The notes: generated from the letters alone by a model not told the origin. A DNA stretch of 64,000 bases from Oscillospiraceae bacterium (GCA_015063745.1 SVTO01000004.1:6622-70621), one strand, 5' to 3'. Shown: positions 16,087-25,258, counted from the stretch's first letter. Translations and numbers: made by a program.

Positions 16087-17223
16087 TTATTCATGCACCA
16101 CAAAAGCCACAGGCAGCTTCCAGGAAGCATTGGAGTAGTAGAAGGTAACGCTGGTCATCAGATACTCATCCCCGTAGTACATACAGGAGGAGCTGCCGCC
16201 ATCCAGATTGGCCGCATTGACCGCACCGTATTCCAGCATCACATTGATCAGATCCGAGGCGGAAGCGCCCAGATGACCGGATTTGCCCCGTCCGTCCGTA
16301 ACCAGAAGCAGCAGTGCTCCGTCGGCTCTCTGTCCGATGGCGGTACGGGGATTCAGACCACTGCCCATACCGTTCAGCTCACGGGCTTCCCCGTTGATTA
16401 CCAGCTGTACGAAATGGTTGTTGGCGTCGCTGCTTTCCTCCTGGAAGGTTACCGCATCACGGATCTTCTTGTCCGCGATCAGATCGGCCACTTCCTGCTT
16501 GGACATATCTTCGATGTTGATGATCTGCAGAATATTGTCTTCCGTCAGACCGATCAGTACAAGCCCCGGGAACTGCTGGGGTTCGTTCAACTGAATTTCA
16601 CCCTTGCAGACGACCACACCGTAGGGTGCGCCGCCGGAGTTGTTGGTGGAATTGTAAAGACCGCCGTTGATGCCCGCAATGGCACCGCTGTCCCGGACAA
16701 GCTTATCCAGCGTTACGCCTTCCGCTTTCCAGGGGTAGATCGTGGCTAACTCCACCTTGGAGGGATCCTTCACGATCAGCAGATTGCCGTAGAAGGAAGG
16801 ACCGGAGACTTCCACCAGCTCGATGGGATCGGTGTTCACAGTCTCGCCCGTGCCGATTTCAAAACTGCCGGAGGAACCGATCTGAATCAGACTGTCGTCC
16901 ACTTCCGCATCGAATTCCTTCATGGAGTTGGTGTTCACGATCTCCTGAATCTCTTCGGGGGAAAGGAACAGGGACGCCATAAACTTCAGCTGACCCGTTT
17001 CCAGAATGGTGGTGACAAACATTTTCTGCGCCGCGGGGGAGATTTCGGAGCACATCATTTTCAGCGAAACCACCAGCACAGCCGCCAGCAGCAGAACCGC
17101 CGTCAGCAGCATGGCCAATGCCCGCAGACAGATGCGGATGACCTTTTTATACGTCGGTTCCTTGGGCTTTTTCACCGCAGGACGCCGGCTGACAGGTTTT
17201 GTCGGATACGTACTGTTCTGCAT
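16087..17223 (-). CDS. Signal-anchored phosphodiester glycosidase family protein (NAGPA/DUF2233-like)
   Basis: ATG 17221-17223 shares one base with the upstream TAA (TAATG). TM LAMLLTAVLLLAAVLVVSL. Motifs GINGGLY and NLDGGSSS. Confidence 0.75.
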   Translation of the reverse strand: MQNSTYPTKPVSRRPAVKKPKEPTYKKVIRICLRALAMLLTAVLLLAAVLVVSLKMMCSEISPAAQKMFVTTILETGQLKFMASLFLSPEEIQEIVNTNSMKEFDAEVDDSLIQIGSSGSFEIGTGETVNTDPIELVEVSGPSFYGNLLIVKDPSKVELATIYPWKAEGVTLDKLVRDSGAIAGINGGLYNSTNNSGGAPYGVVVCKGEIQLNEPQQFPGLVLIGLTEDNILQIINIEDMSKQEVADLIADKKIRDAVTFQEESSDANNHFVQLVINGEARELNGMGSGLNPRTAIGQRADGALLLLVTDGRGKSGHLGASASDLINVMLEYGAVNAANLDGGSSSCMYYGDEYLMTSVTFYYSNASWKLPVAFVVHE

Positions 17224-18749
17224 TATTCCACAATCTCCTTTATCTGAATCAATTTCCACTGGCCGTTATACTGTACGAAGGTGAAGGTGCTGTGCATGGT
17301 ATCCACCAGCGGAGAGCCGGATACGATCATGTTCTTGTTGAAGCCGATATCCACGGAGAAGCAGGAGTCGGTGACCCAGAAGAAGTTTTCAACGGTAATA
17401 TCGGTAAAGGGCGGGTCGGACAGATAGTGGATACTGGTGAAGGTGATGTCCACACTTCTGGACCACTTGTAGGCTACGTCATAGAGGTAGGATCCGTCGA
17501 TCAGATGCTGGGCAATATCCCAGAAGCCGTAGTTGTTTCCGGCCAGATCGGCGGACATGAAGAGACTCCACTTCTTGGCAATCCCCAGCACATCCACAGC
17601 GGCGGAGAGATCCTCGGGCATGGGTGCGCCGGTCTGAATGGTGGTCAGATCCAGCAGATGTGAGGTCTTGTCCCACTGTACCTCAACCCCTGCCTTATCC
17701 GCAACACGGATGTCGGCATTGTCCGTCAGAATGGCAATGTTATACGTCACCAGCTTCGGCAGATTCTCCGCATATCCCTGTACATGGACATATTCGGGAT
17801 GATCGGCAACGGTGGTCACGGATTCGGGAGGCGTCTGTCCCTCCACCAGAACCGAATAACTGTCGGGCACGATCACGGTGCAGTAGGTCAGGGGCAGATG
17901 ATTGCCGCCGGTGAAGGATACCGTATTGCCGAAACGGTCGGAAATCTGTACATCGGGGTTCTGCAGCATACGGATGCTGTGCCGGTGGAGCCCGTTGTCC
18001 ATCAGTTCACCGGGATGCTCGGTGCCGTTGACCGTAACGGTGAGGGTGTCGGGAATGGTCAGGGAATAGTCGTAGAATTCCGTACGGATTTTTGTGCCGG
18101 AGCGCTTGTAGGATGCCTCCTGACCGTTGTGGTCGCGGATCACTAGCTCCGGAATCTGATACAGACCGGGTATAGTGTACAGCATGGTGCCGTCCGCCTG
18201 CATGGTGCCGTATTCGGGGGTAAGGAGCACATCGTTCACCGCAACGGAGAAATCCGCCGGGCAGGAAACGGTGTAATCCCTGGCTTCCACGATCACTTTT
18301 GTGTCCAGAACCTTCCAGTCCTGGAACGTGAATACCGCAAGGCGCGTTACCGGTTCTCCCACACTTTCCAGCGTAACCTCCGCCAGTACCGCGTCCCCGT
18401 CGGCAATGTTGTATACCAGCTGGTTTTCCCTGTATGTACCGGGCTTCAGGGCATAGGTGAGGGTGTCGGAGGTGAAGGCGGTACGGTACTGTTCACGGAG
18501 ATCCGCCGGTTCAAATACCGTGGGGTTTACATCCGCACCGGGGAAGAGATAATGACTCCAGACCGTGCCGTTTTCCGCCGTGGTCTGCAGGGAGGAGATC
18601 TCCGCTTCCACTAACTTTTCCGGCTGGCAGTTTTCGTAATTGTACAACAGTGCCCAGACATAGACCACCGCCACAACGGACAGGGCCAGCAGCACGTTGA
18701 CATACAGGAAATATACAAATTTGAAGGATGTTTTACGTTTTCTTCTCAT
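17223..18749 (-). CDS. Signal-anchored 508-aa extracytoplasmic protein, unknown family
   Basis: N-terminus MRRKRKTSFKFVYFLYVNVLLALSVVAVVYVWALL, then about 470 aa of beta-rich sequence with no motif I recognise. Confidence 0.75.
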   Translation of the reverse strand: MRRKRKTSFKFVYFLYVNVLLALSVVAVVYVWALLYNYENCQPEKLVEAEISSLQTTAENGTVWSHYLFPGADVNPTVFEPADLREQYRTAFTSDTLTYALKPGTYRENQLVYNIADGDAVLAEVTLESVGEPVTRLAVFTFQDWKVLDTKVIVEARDYTVSCPADFSVAVNDVLLTPEYGTMQADGTMLYTIPGLYQIPELVIRDHNGQEASYKRSGTKIRTEFYDYSLTIPDTLTVTVNGTEHPGELMDNGLHRHSIRMLQNPDVQISDRFGNTVSFTGGNHLPLTYCTVIVPDSYSVLVEGQTPPESVTTVADHPEYVHVQGYAENLPKLVTYNIAILTDNADIRVADKAGVEVQWDKTSHLLDLTTIQTGAPMPEDLSAAVDVLGIAKKWSLFMSADLAGNNYGFWDIAQHLIDGSYLYDVAYKWSRSVDITFTSIHYLSDPPFTDITVENFFWVTDSCFSVDIGFNKNMIVSGSPLVDTMHSTFTFVQYNGQWKLIQIKEIVE

Positions 18750-18766
18750 GATCGGAATTCCTTATA

Positions 18767-19867
18767 TCAAGTATTATGGGGACGGATGGAGCCGGTAAAA
18801 ACATGATTGTGCTGCACACGGAAGCAGATGAAGAATAAGAGAATACCAACAACCGATTTCACAAGCACTACGCTGCCCAAAATCGCTTCCTTCGTTTCAA
18901 AGGGAAGCAGGGGACACAGAGATAAACAAACCGCTGTGATGCCAAAAAAGGCGGCAGCCAATCCGGTGTAACGCAGCCAGGAAGCAAAACACGGTCTGCC
19001 AGGCTGGAAAACGTACAGGGCATTCAGGAAATAATTGAGCGTACCGGAGAGAATTCTCGCACCGGCTAAAGCGGCAAGAACGGTCAACGGATGGAGGATC
19101 ATTGTGTGGTTTATGAATGCAAAGATCAGCAGAAACAGCAAAGTATCCACAGCCGCGGACAGCAAAGAATGTCCCAGAAAACGAAGGGGTTTGGCATAGA
19201 TCCGTGCGCTGTCATGCAGTACCCGGAAATGGGAGGACGCATTGTTGTCCAGATATACGGTTTCAATGGTCTGCTCCGTCATGGGAATCTTTTCTCTGGC
19301 GATGAGGAACAGCATATGGGTTTCATACTCATACCGATCCCCTTCCGCAGAAGCAACAGCGGGGATATACTCTTTCGGGATTGCCCGCAGACCGGTCTGG
19401 GTATCGGAAATACGTGCGCCGAGAAGGGAATGGAACAAAAACCGGGAAATGCGGTTGCCCGACTTGCTTCTGGGCGGCACATGGGGTTCGGAGAAATCCC
19501 GGCATCCGAGCACCACCGTACGGCTTTCCGCCATGGCACGGGCGACCTTGTCGATATCCGATGCCAGATGCTGTCCGTCCGCATCTGCGGTGACTACACC
19601 GACGGAATCGGGACGGTTGGCGATCCAGTAGGCAAAAGCGGTTTTCAGCGCCGCACCCTTGCCTCTGTTCACGGGATGATGCAGAACGGTGCAGTTTTCG
19701 TACTGCTTTACCTTGTCGAAGATGGGCGCGTATTTCTCACCGCCGCCGTCGTCCACCACAAGAATATCCGAAAATCCCTGTTTGATAATGCTGTCCAGTG
19801 TGGAAAAGAGCTTGTCATCCGGCTTGTAGGAGGGGATGATGACAGTTACCTGACTATAAATATTCAT
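18767..19867 (-). CDS. GT2 polyprenyl-phosphate glycosyltransferase fused to GtrA-like membrane module
   Basis: VTVIIPSYKPDD...ILVVDDGGGE...TADADGQH (GT2-A fold, DPM1/GtrB/CsbB-like) followed by four C-terminal TM segments. ATG 19867 overlaps the upstream stop as ATGA. Confidence 0.85.
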   Translation of the reverse strand: MNIYSQVTVIIPSYKPDDKLFSTLDSIIKQGFSDILVVDDGGGEKYAPIFDKVKQYENCTVLHHPVNRGKGAALKTAFAYWIANRPDSVGVVTADADGQHLASDIDKVARAMAESRTVVLGCRDFSEPHVPPRSKSGNRISRFLFHSLLGARISDTQTGLRAIPKEYIPAVASAEGDRYEYETHMLFLIAREKIPMTEQTIETVYLDNNASSHFRVLHDSARIYAKPLRFLGHSLLSAAVDTLLFLLIFAFINHTMILHPLTVLAALAGARILSGTLNYFLNALYVFQPGRPCFASWLRYTGLAAAFFGITAVCLSLCPLLPFETKEAILGSVVLVKSVVGILLFFICFRVQHNHVFTGSIRPHNT

Positions 19868-21363
19868 TTTCTTCTCCGTTTTTTCTGTTTTCTTTTGTTC
19901 CAGCTTGCATACATTGTGACCTGCAGAATGATGAATACCGCGATCATCAGAACAATACCGCCGATCAGAACGAAAACGAGGGGGGAGATTTTGTTGTCCG
20001 GCCCGGCATACAGGATGTCGGTGGTCTCCGCTTCCGTTTCCGCTTCCGTCTCGGGGATTACGTCAGATGCAGCCTCGGTCTCCGGCTCGGTTTCGGGCAG
20101 GGGCTCGGTTTCGCGGGCGGCTTCTTCCCGCAGTCGTTCTTTTTCCGCATAGGAGATGAGATTCTCGAAGAAATCCCCGCCTACAACATCCGCGCCCACC
20201 GTGGAACGGTACAGTCCGTAGCGGCAGGGGGAGAGATAGTTGATCTGGGAAGCTCTCGTGATCGGATTGTCCGACGTACCGTAGATCCATTTGTAGAACC
20301 ATGTCCAGTGCTGGGATTTATGGTGGGCGAATCCGTCCTGGGTCACCTGAAAGGCCGTCTTGCCGCCAAAGGATGCAAGCGGCACATCAAAATCCATCAC
20401 GATGGGATTTTCGGCATACAGATGCAGATAGGTCTTCGGTACATCCCATACACCGTATTCTGCGGCACTGTCGGGATATTTGTCGGGATCGGATGCAAAG
20501 AGCAGGCTTTCCTTCAGGGCGGCGGTACAGAGAATATGGGTACCGTGCCCGTATTCCCCGGCTTCGTCATGGGTGATCAGAACCTGAGGGCGGAACCGGC
20601 GCAGACAATCCGTAATGAAGCAGCAGATATCCTCATAGGTGTAGCCGCGGGAAGCATATGCTGCTACCGCACCGTCAAAGGATTCGGAATAGAGATCGGG
20701 AAAATGGGAGATCAGGGGATAGTGGCGCACGCCCACGGTCCAGAGCCCGTCCAGCTGTTCGTGGGGGCGGTTGTAAGTATCGAAGTGATGCACCAGATAC
20801 ACCACCTGCACATCCAGTCCTCTTTCCCCCGCATACAGGGGCAGGATACCGCCGAAAAACAGCTGTTCATCGTCGGAATGGGAGGACAGAAGCAGAATAT
20901 CCGCTTCGTCGTGCATCGGCTGCCAGATCTGTACCCAATCGGGAAGGGCACCGCCCGTGAAACCGTAGACCTCATCCATGGAAGTTCCGGCGGAGAAGGT
21001 CAGGGTCAGGGAAGCGGGCGTCATACCGAATAAGGTCTTCACATCCACATATTCATGCAGAAATCCGTTTTCGCCGCAGGAGAAGGTGTTTGTCCCGTCG
21101 GAGAGAACCCACGGAGCGGGAACCTTGTCAAATACGAGATACAGAGAAGCAATGCCGTCCGGATTGGACAGAGTGACGGAAGCTTCGCCGGCAGCGGATG
21201 TATAGGTACGTTCATTCTTGTCCGACAGCAGATAGGGTGCGGAAAAACCGGCAGAACTTACCGTAGTTCCGGCATGATCGGCCTCTGCGGCGGAAAGGGG
21301 AAGAACGAGGAGAAAGCACAATAGGAAACAACCGAGAAAAATAAGGTTTTTTCTTGGATTCAT
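19864..21363 (-). CDS. Secreted, C-terminally anchored PIG-L/LmbE-family de-N-acetylase
   Basis: Signal peptide MNPRKNLIFLGCFLLCFLLVLPLSAAEA (ATG 21363 preferred over ATG 21441). Motif LLSSHSDDEQLFFGG. Acidic PETE repeats, a C-terminal TM and a KRKQKKRRRK tail. Confidence 0.75.
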   Translation of the reverse strand: MNPRKNLIFLGCFLLCFLLVLPLSAAEADHAGTTVSSAGFSAPYLLSDKNERTYTSAAGEASVTLSNPDGIASLYLVFDKVPAPWVLSDGTNTFSCGENGFLHEYVDVKTLFGMTPASLTLTFSAGTSMDEVYGFTGGALPDWVQIWQPMHDEADILLLSSHSDDEQLFFGGILPLYAGERGLDVQVVYLVHHFDTYNRPHEQLDGLWTVGVRHYPLISHFPDLYSESFDGAVAAYASRGYTYEDICCFITDCLRRFRPQVLITHDEAGEYGHGTHILCTAALKESLLFASDPDKYPDSAAEYGVWDVPKTYLHLYAENPIVMDFDVPLASFGGKTAFQVTQDGFAHHKSQHWTWFYKWIYGTSDNPITRASQINYLSPCRYGLYRSTVGADVVGGDFFENLISYAEKERLREEAARETEPLPETEPETEAASDVIPETEAETEAETTDILYAGPDNKISPLVFVLIGGIVLMIAVFIILQVTMYASWNKRKQKKRRRK

Positions 21364-21501
21364 GGTAAAAAAAGGGGTCCTTTCCGATGATTTTACATAT
21401 ATAAACAGTATAACACAAATGCAGGGAAAAATCCACCGCATTTTTATGTTTTTTTCAACTTTTATTCATAGGAATGTCAGGGAATTTTCGGAGAGACGGT
21501 A

Positions 21502-21530
21502 TTGATTTAGCTGTCGGAATTTGTTATAAT
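21502..21530 (+). promoter_or_regulatory. Near-consensus sigma-A promoter of the CotH-VTC-DUF4956 operon
   Basis: TTGATT (21502-21507) - 17 nt - TGtTATAAT (-10 at 21525-21530), 30 nt before ATG 21560. Confidence 0.75.
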
Positions 21531-21559
21531 TATTTCATAAAATATTACAAGAGGAAAAC

Positions 21560-23590
21560 ATGAAACCGAAATCGTTTTTTGCGGGGATTCTGTCCCTGCT
21601 TATGCTTGCTTCATGTACACCCGCCGTACCTGCGGAAACCGAACCCTTTGTTCTTCCGGAAAGCGAATCCGCGGTCCCGGAAACCGTATATGAAGAAACC
21701 GGAGCTCCCGAAACCGAAACCGAGCCGCTGATCCGACTGCCCGATGCGGATACACCCGGTGTATATTTCATCGATTCCTTCGGGGTACTGCGGAAAACCG
21801 TCACCTCCGAGGCCTTTCTCACCGCCGCCGACCGGCCTGTACTGTGCATCACGGAGTCCTTCGGTCTGGAAGAATCCCTGACCGTTTACCGGGATGCGGA
21901 CGTGATCTATTTGCCGGAGGAATGTACCTGGACAAACACCCTGACCATCTGCTGCGGGGAGAATACAACAAGCCTTTCTGCCGCATCTGCATCCCCGGCC
22001 CTATTGGAAAACGGATGCCTGATCATTGACGCACCCAACGCCGCACTGGAGCTCACCGTCGGGAATGAACCGGATCCGGTGCTGTTGGATCTGTACAGCA
22101 ATCTCGCCGCCTGCAACGGAGTGGATCTTTCCTCCGGATACGGCGGTAAGGGAAGTGCCGTGCCCGCTTCCGTCACCCTGCGCAGTTCCGCCGCCAACAA
22201 GCCCTACGAAGGCGTGTCCCTGCAGATCCGGGGCAATACGGCGGAAGTGCAGTTCCCCCTGATCGTGCAGGAAAAGGATATCACCTCTGCTGCCCTGACC
22301 TTCTATGACGGAAACGGCAATGTGCTGTGCACGGAAAAACTGGATCTGCGGGAAGCCCATACGATCACAATCACGGACGAAACAGGCGGACAGCGCAGAT
22401 ATAGGCTGACCTCCGAGCGGCTTTCCCATAACCTGCCGGTTGTGGAGATCCATACCGACGACGGCACACCCATTACTGAGAAAAACACATACATCCACGG
22501 CAGCCTGACCATCGACGGAACCTCCTATCCCATGAAGATCCGCGGACGGGGCAATGCTTCCTGGACCCAGTTTCCGAAGAAGGCCTACCGTATCAAGCTG
22601 GATGACGGCGCCTCCCTTTTCGGATTGCCCCAGAACCGTGACTGGGTGTTAGCCTCCAACTATGCCGACAAATCCCTGATCCGGAACTGCGTAGCCCATA
22701 CCATGGCGGCGTCCATGTCGAATCTGGAGTACACACCGACCCATATTCCGGTGAATCTGTATCTCAACGGCAGTTATCTGGGCGTGTACACCTTTGCGGA
22801 TAAGATCGAAGAAGGAAACGGACGGCTGGATCTGAAGGGGAATGATCCCGAAGGCAAGTCCGACATCGGATTTTTGCTGGAGATCGGCTGGGATTTCGAT
22901 GAAGAAAACGTATACAACCGGGACTACTTTGATACGGAACTGATTTTTCGCATATTCATCAAGGAACCGGAGATCCCCCAGGCGAACACACCGGAGCTCT
23001 TGTTCATCAAGCGGTATATTCTGGAAACGGAAAACGCCATCGTCAGCAATAACGGCTGGGAGAACTACATTGATGTGGATTCCTGGGTCGACTGGTTCAT
23101 CATCAACGAGTTGACCTTCAATATGGAGTCCTCCTTCTACCGCAGCTGCTACCTGTGGCGCGGTGCCGGGGATAAGCTGAAAATGGGTCCCGTATGGGAT
23201 TTCGATATGGCATTCGGCAACCACTACGGCGATCTGCCCGGATATGACGGCTGGTGCACCACGGAATCCACCTATACCTACATTTCCGAAAACTGGATGA
23301 ATTATCTCATGCAGTATCCCGCCTTTACCGACCGTGTGAAAGCGCGCTGGAACGAGGTGAAAAACGACCTGCTGCAGACCTCCCTTGACGCTGTGGATAC
23401 CTATTCCGCCATGCTGGAAGGCAGTCAAGAGCAGAACTTTGCCGTGTGGAATATCATGCATGTCAGCGTAGGCGCGGCATCCGTGAATCCCGCACGCTAC
23501 AATACATACGAAAAACAGATCCAGTACCTGCGGGACTTCATCAACACCCGCTGGAACTACATCGACACCCGCCTGAACGGGGAATACTGA
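21560..23590 (+). CDS. CotH kinase-family protein, predicted lipoprotein
   Basis: Lipobox LMLASC. C-terminal CotH blocks (YRIKLDDGASLFGLPQNRDWVLASNYADKSLIRN, GPVWDFDMAFGN). The N-terminal roughly 300 aa are unassigned. Confidence 0.85.
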   Translation: MKPKSFFAGILSLLMLASCTPAVPAETEPFVLPESESAVPETVYEETGAPETETEPLIRLPDADTPGVYFIDSFGVLRKTVTSEAFLTAADRPVLCITESFGLEESLTVYRDADVIYLPEECTWTNTLTICCGENTTSLSAASASPALLENGCLIIDAPNAALELTVGNEPDPVLLDLYSNLAACNGVDLSSGYGGKGSAVPASVTLRSSAANKPYEGVSLQIRGNTAEVQFPLIVQEKDITSAALTFYDGNGNVLCTEKLDLREAHTITITDETGGQRRYRLTSERLSHNLPVVEIHTDDGTPITEKNTYIHGSLTIDGTSYPMKIRGRGNASWTQFPKKAYRIKLDDGASLFGLPQNRDWVLASNYADKSLIRNCVAHTMAASMSNLEYTPTHIPVNLYLNGSYLGVYTFADKIEEGNGRLDLKGNDPEGKSDIGFLLEIGWDFDEENVYNRDYFDTELIFRIFIKEPEIPQANTPELLFIKRYILETENAIVSNNGWENYIDVDSWVDWFIINELTFNMESSFYRSCYLWRGAGDKLKMGPVWDFDMAFGNHYGDLPGYDGWCTTESTYTYISENWMNYLMQYPAFTDRVKARWNEVKNDLLQTSLDAVDTYSAMLEGSQEQNFAVWNIMHVSVGAASVNPARYNTYEKQIQYLRDFINTRWNYIDTRLNGEY

Positions 23591-23615
23591 TCCGATACAG
23601 AAAGGAGGATTGCCC

Positions 23616-24359
23616 ATGTTCCAGACCGTATTCAAACGGTATGAACTGAAATATCTGCTGACCACGGAACAGAGGGACAGAATCCTTTCCGTTATGCAGG
23701 AGCATATGACACCGGATAAATACGGCAGAACCACCATCCGGAATCTGTATTTCGATACGGATACCTACCTTCTGATCCGCCGTTCCATGGAAAAGCCGCT
23801 GTTCAAGGAAAAACTGCGGGTACGAAGCTACAGCCTGGCCGGGGAAGGGGATACGGTATTTGCGGAGCTGAAGCGGAAGTACGACGGCGTGGTCTATAAA
23901 AGACGTCTGGCGGCTGCGGAAAACCGGGTAATGGACTGGCTGTCCGGCCGCACGGATGCACCGGAGAAAAGCCAGATTTCCCATGAGATCGACTATTTCC
24001 TCCGTTTCTACGGCGAACTGCATCCCACTGTCTTTCTCTCCTACGACAGACAGGCCTATTATTCCCGCACGGACGGCAGCTTCCGGATCACCTTTGACGA
24101 AAATATTCTGGCCAGAGAAACGGCATTGACGCTCGGAGAAGAAGCCTACGGTACATTCCTTCTGCCGGAGGGAAAAGTGCTGATGGAGATCAAATGTGCC
24201 GGCGGTATACCTCTGTGGATGACGGCAATACTGTCCGCGGAGCATATTTACAAAACCTCCTTCTCCAAATACGGCACAGCATACACCAGCTTGATCTTTC
24301 CCCGCCTGCAAAGCGAAAACAAACCATACATAAAGGAGAATCCATACCATGTCTCTTGA
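23616..24359 (+). CDS. VTC-domain (CYTH-like tunnel fold, polyphosphate-polymerase-type) protein
   Basis: AGGAGG 7 nt before ATG 23616 (the listed ORF starts at TTG 23610). N-terminus MFQTVFKRYELKYLL is typical of bacterial VTC domains. No TM. Confidence 0.8.
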   Translation: MFQTVFKRYELKYLLTTEQRDRILSVMQEHMTPDKYGRTTIRNLYFDTDTYLLIRRSMEKPLFKEKLRVRSYSLAGEGDTVFAELKRKYDGVVYKRRLAAAENRVMDWLSGRTDAPEKSQISHEIDYFLRFYGELHPTVFLSYDRQAYYSRTDGSFRITFDENILARETALTLGEEAYGTFLLPEGKVLMEIKCAGGIPLWMTAILSAEHIYKTSFSKYGTAYTSLIFPRLQSENKPYIKENPYHVS

Positions 24360-25047
24360 AACTATCTTCAAAGGCCTCTTCGACACGGATTTCACCGTGG
24401 TCATCGACTTAAAAGACTTTTTATTCTGCATCGCCGCGGCGCTGCTGGCGGGCATCATCACTGCGCTGTGCTATACCTTCAAAACCCGGTATACCAAAAG
24501 CTTTATCCTGACCTTAGCCCTTCTGCCGGCGGTGGTATGCGTGGTGATCATGATGGTCAACGGCAATATCGGCGCAGGTGTTGCGGTAGCCGGTGCCTTC
24601 AGTCTGGTACGTTTCCGCTCCGTCCCCGGTACGGCGAAGGAGATCGTCACGATCTTTCTGGCCATGGGCGCGGGTCTGATCGCGGGAATGGGCTATCTGG
24701 CCTACGCCTTACTGTTCACGGTGATCCTCAACGTTGTGTTTCTGCTGTGCAGCTGTCTGGATCTGGGCACGAAGAAAAACAACGGCAAATACCGTACGGT
24801 AAAGATCACGGTGCCGGAGGATCTGGACTACGCCGGCGTATTCGAAGACGTTTTTGCGGAATACGCATCCGGCTGGGAGCTGGTACAGGTGAAGACCACG
24901 AACATGGGCAGTATGTTCCGCCTGACCTACGAGGTTGTCCTGAAAAACGGGATTATTGAGAAAGAAATGATCGACAAGATCCGCTGCCGCAACGGCAATC
25001 TGGAAGTCGTGGTATCCAGACAGGAAAGTGCCACCGCAGAACTGTAA
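24349..25047 (+). CDS. DUF4956-domain membrane protein
   Basis: 11-nt overlap with the VTC gene. About four TM segments, the FSLVRFRSVPGTAKE motif and a roughly 90-aa soluble C-terminus. Confidence 0.8.
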   Translation: MSLETIFKGLFDTDFTVVIDLKDFLFCIAAALLAGIITALCYTFKTRYTKSFILTLALLPAVVCVVIMMVNGNIGAGVAVAGAFSLVRFRSVPGTAKEIVTIFLAMGAGLIAGMGYLAYALLFTVILNVVFLLCSCLDLGTKKNNGKYRTVKITVPEDLDYAGVFEDVFAEYASGWELVQVKTTNMGSMFRLTYEVVLKNGIIEKEMIDKIRCRNGNLEVVVSRQESATAEL

Positions 25048-25059
25048 ACCTGCATCCAT

Positions 25060-25095
25060 GGGCTGCTGCAAAAAGAAAATTGCGGCAGCCCGTTT
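25060..25095 (+). terminator. Intrinsic terminator of the CotH-VTC-DUF4956 operon
   Basis: GGGCTGCTGCAA aaagaaaa TTGCGGCAGCCC followed by GTTT. One G-U pair in the stem and a weak U-tract. Confidence 0.6.
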
Positions 25096-25096
25096 G

Positions 25097-25176
25097 CATT
25101 CCCGAATTCCCCTTTTTGAAGTTTTTTGATTGGGGTCCGGGGAAAGCTTTTTTTTAAAAAAAGTTTTCCCGGGTTT
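25097..25176. repeat. Palindrome-containing intergenic element, copy A (related to 43391-43477 in inverse orientation)
   Basis: cattccc...gaagttttttgattggggtccggggaaagcttttttttaaaaaaagttttcccggg. The imperfect hairpin is at 25137-25173. Aligned by eye to the reverse complement of copy B. Confidence 0.6.
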
Positions 25177-25258
25177 CCAAATCTCCGTATTTTCCCAAGC
25201 AAATATCCGCAGAAAACGGGTATACTGGGAACAGAAACTGCGACAAGGAGAATACGGA

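Noticed and set aside
19940-20110. Short periodic GA/GC-rich DNA repeats resembling a tandem repeat array
   Set aside because: They lie inside a well-supported ORF and simply encode the acidic PETE low-complexity stalk. There is no spacer/repeat architecture, so this is not a CRISPR or satellite feature.
25130-25258. N-terminal extension of the phosphorylase ORF
   Set aside because: The extension translates the palindromic repeat element and has no RBS. ATG 25259 has AAGGAG at the right distance and gives a normal phosphorylase N-terminus.
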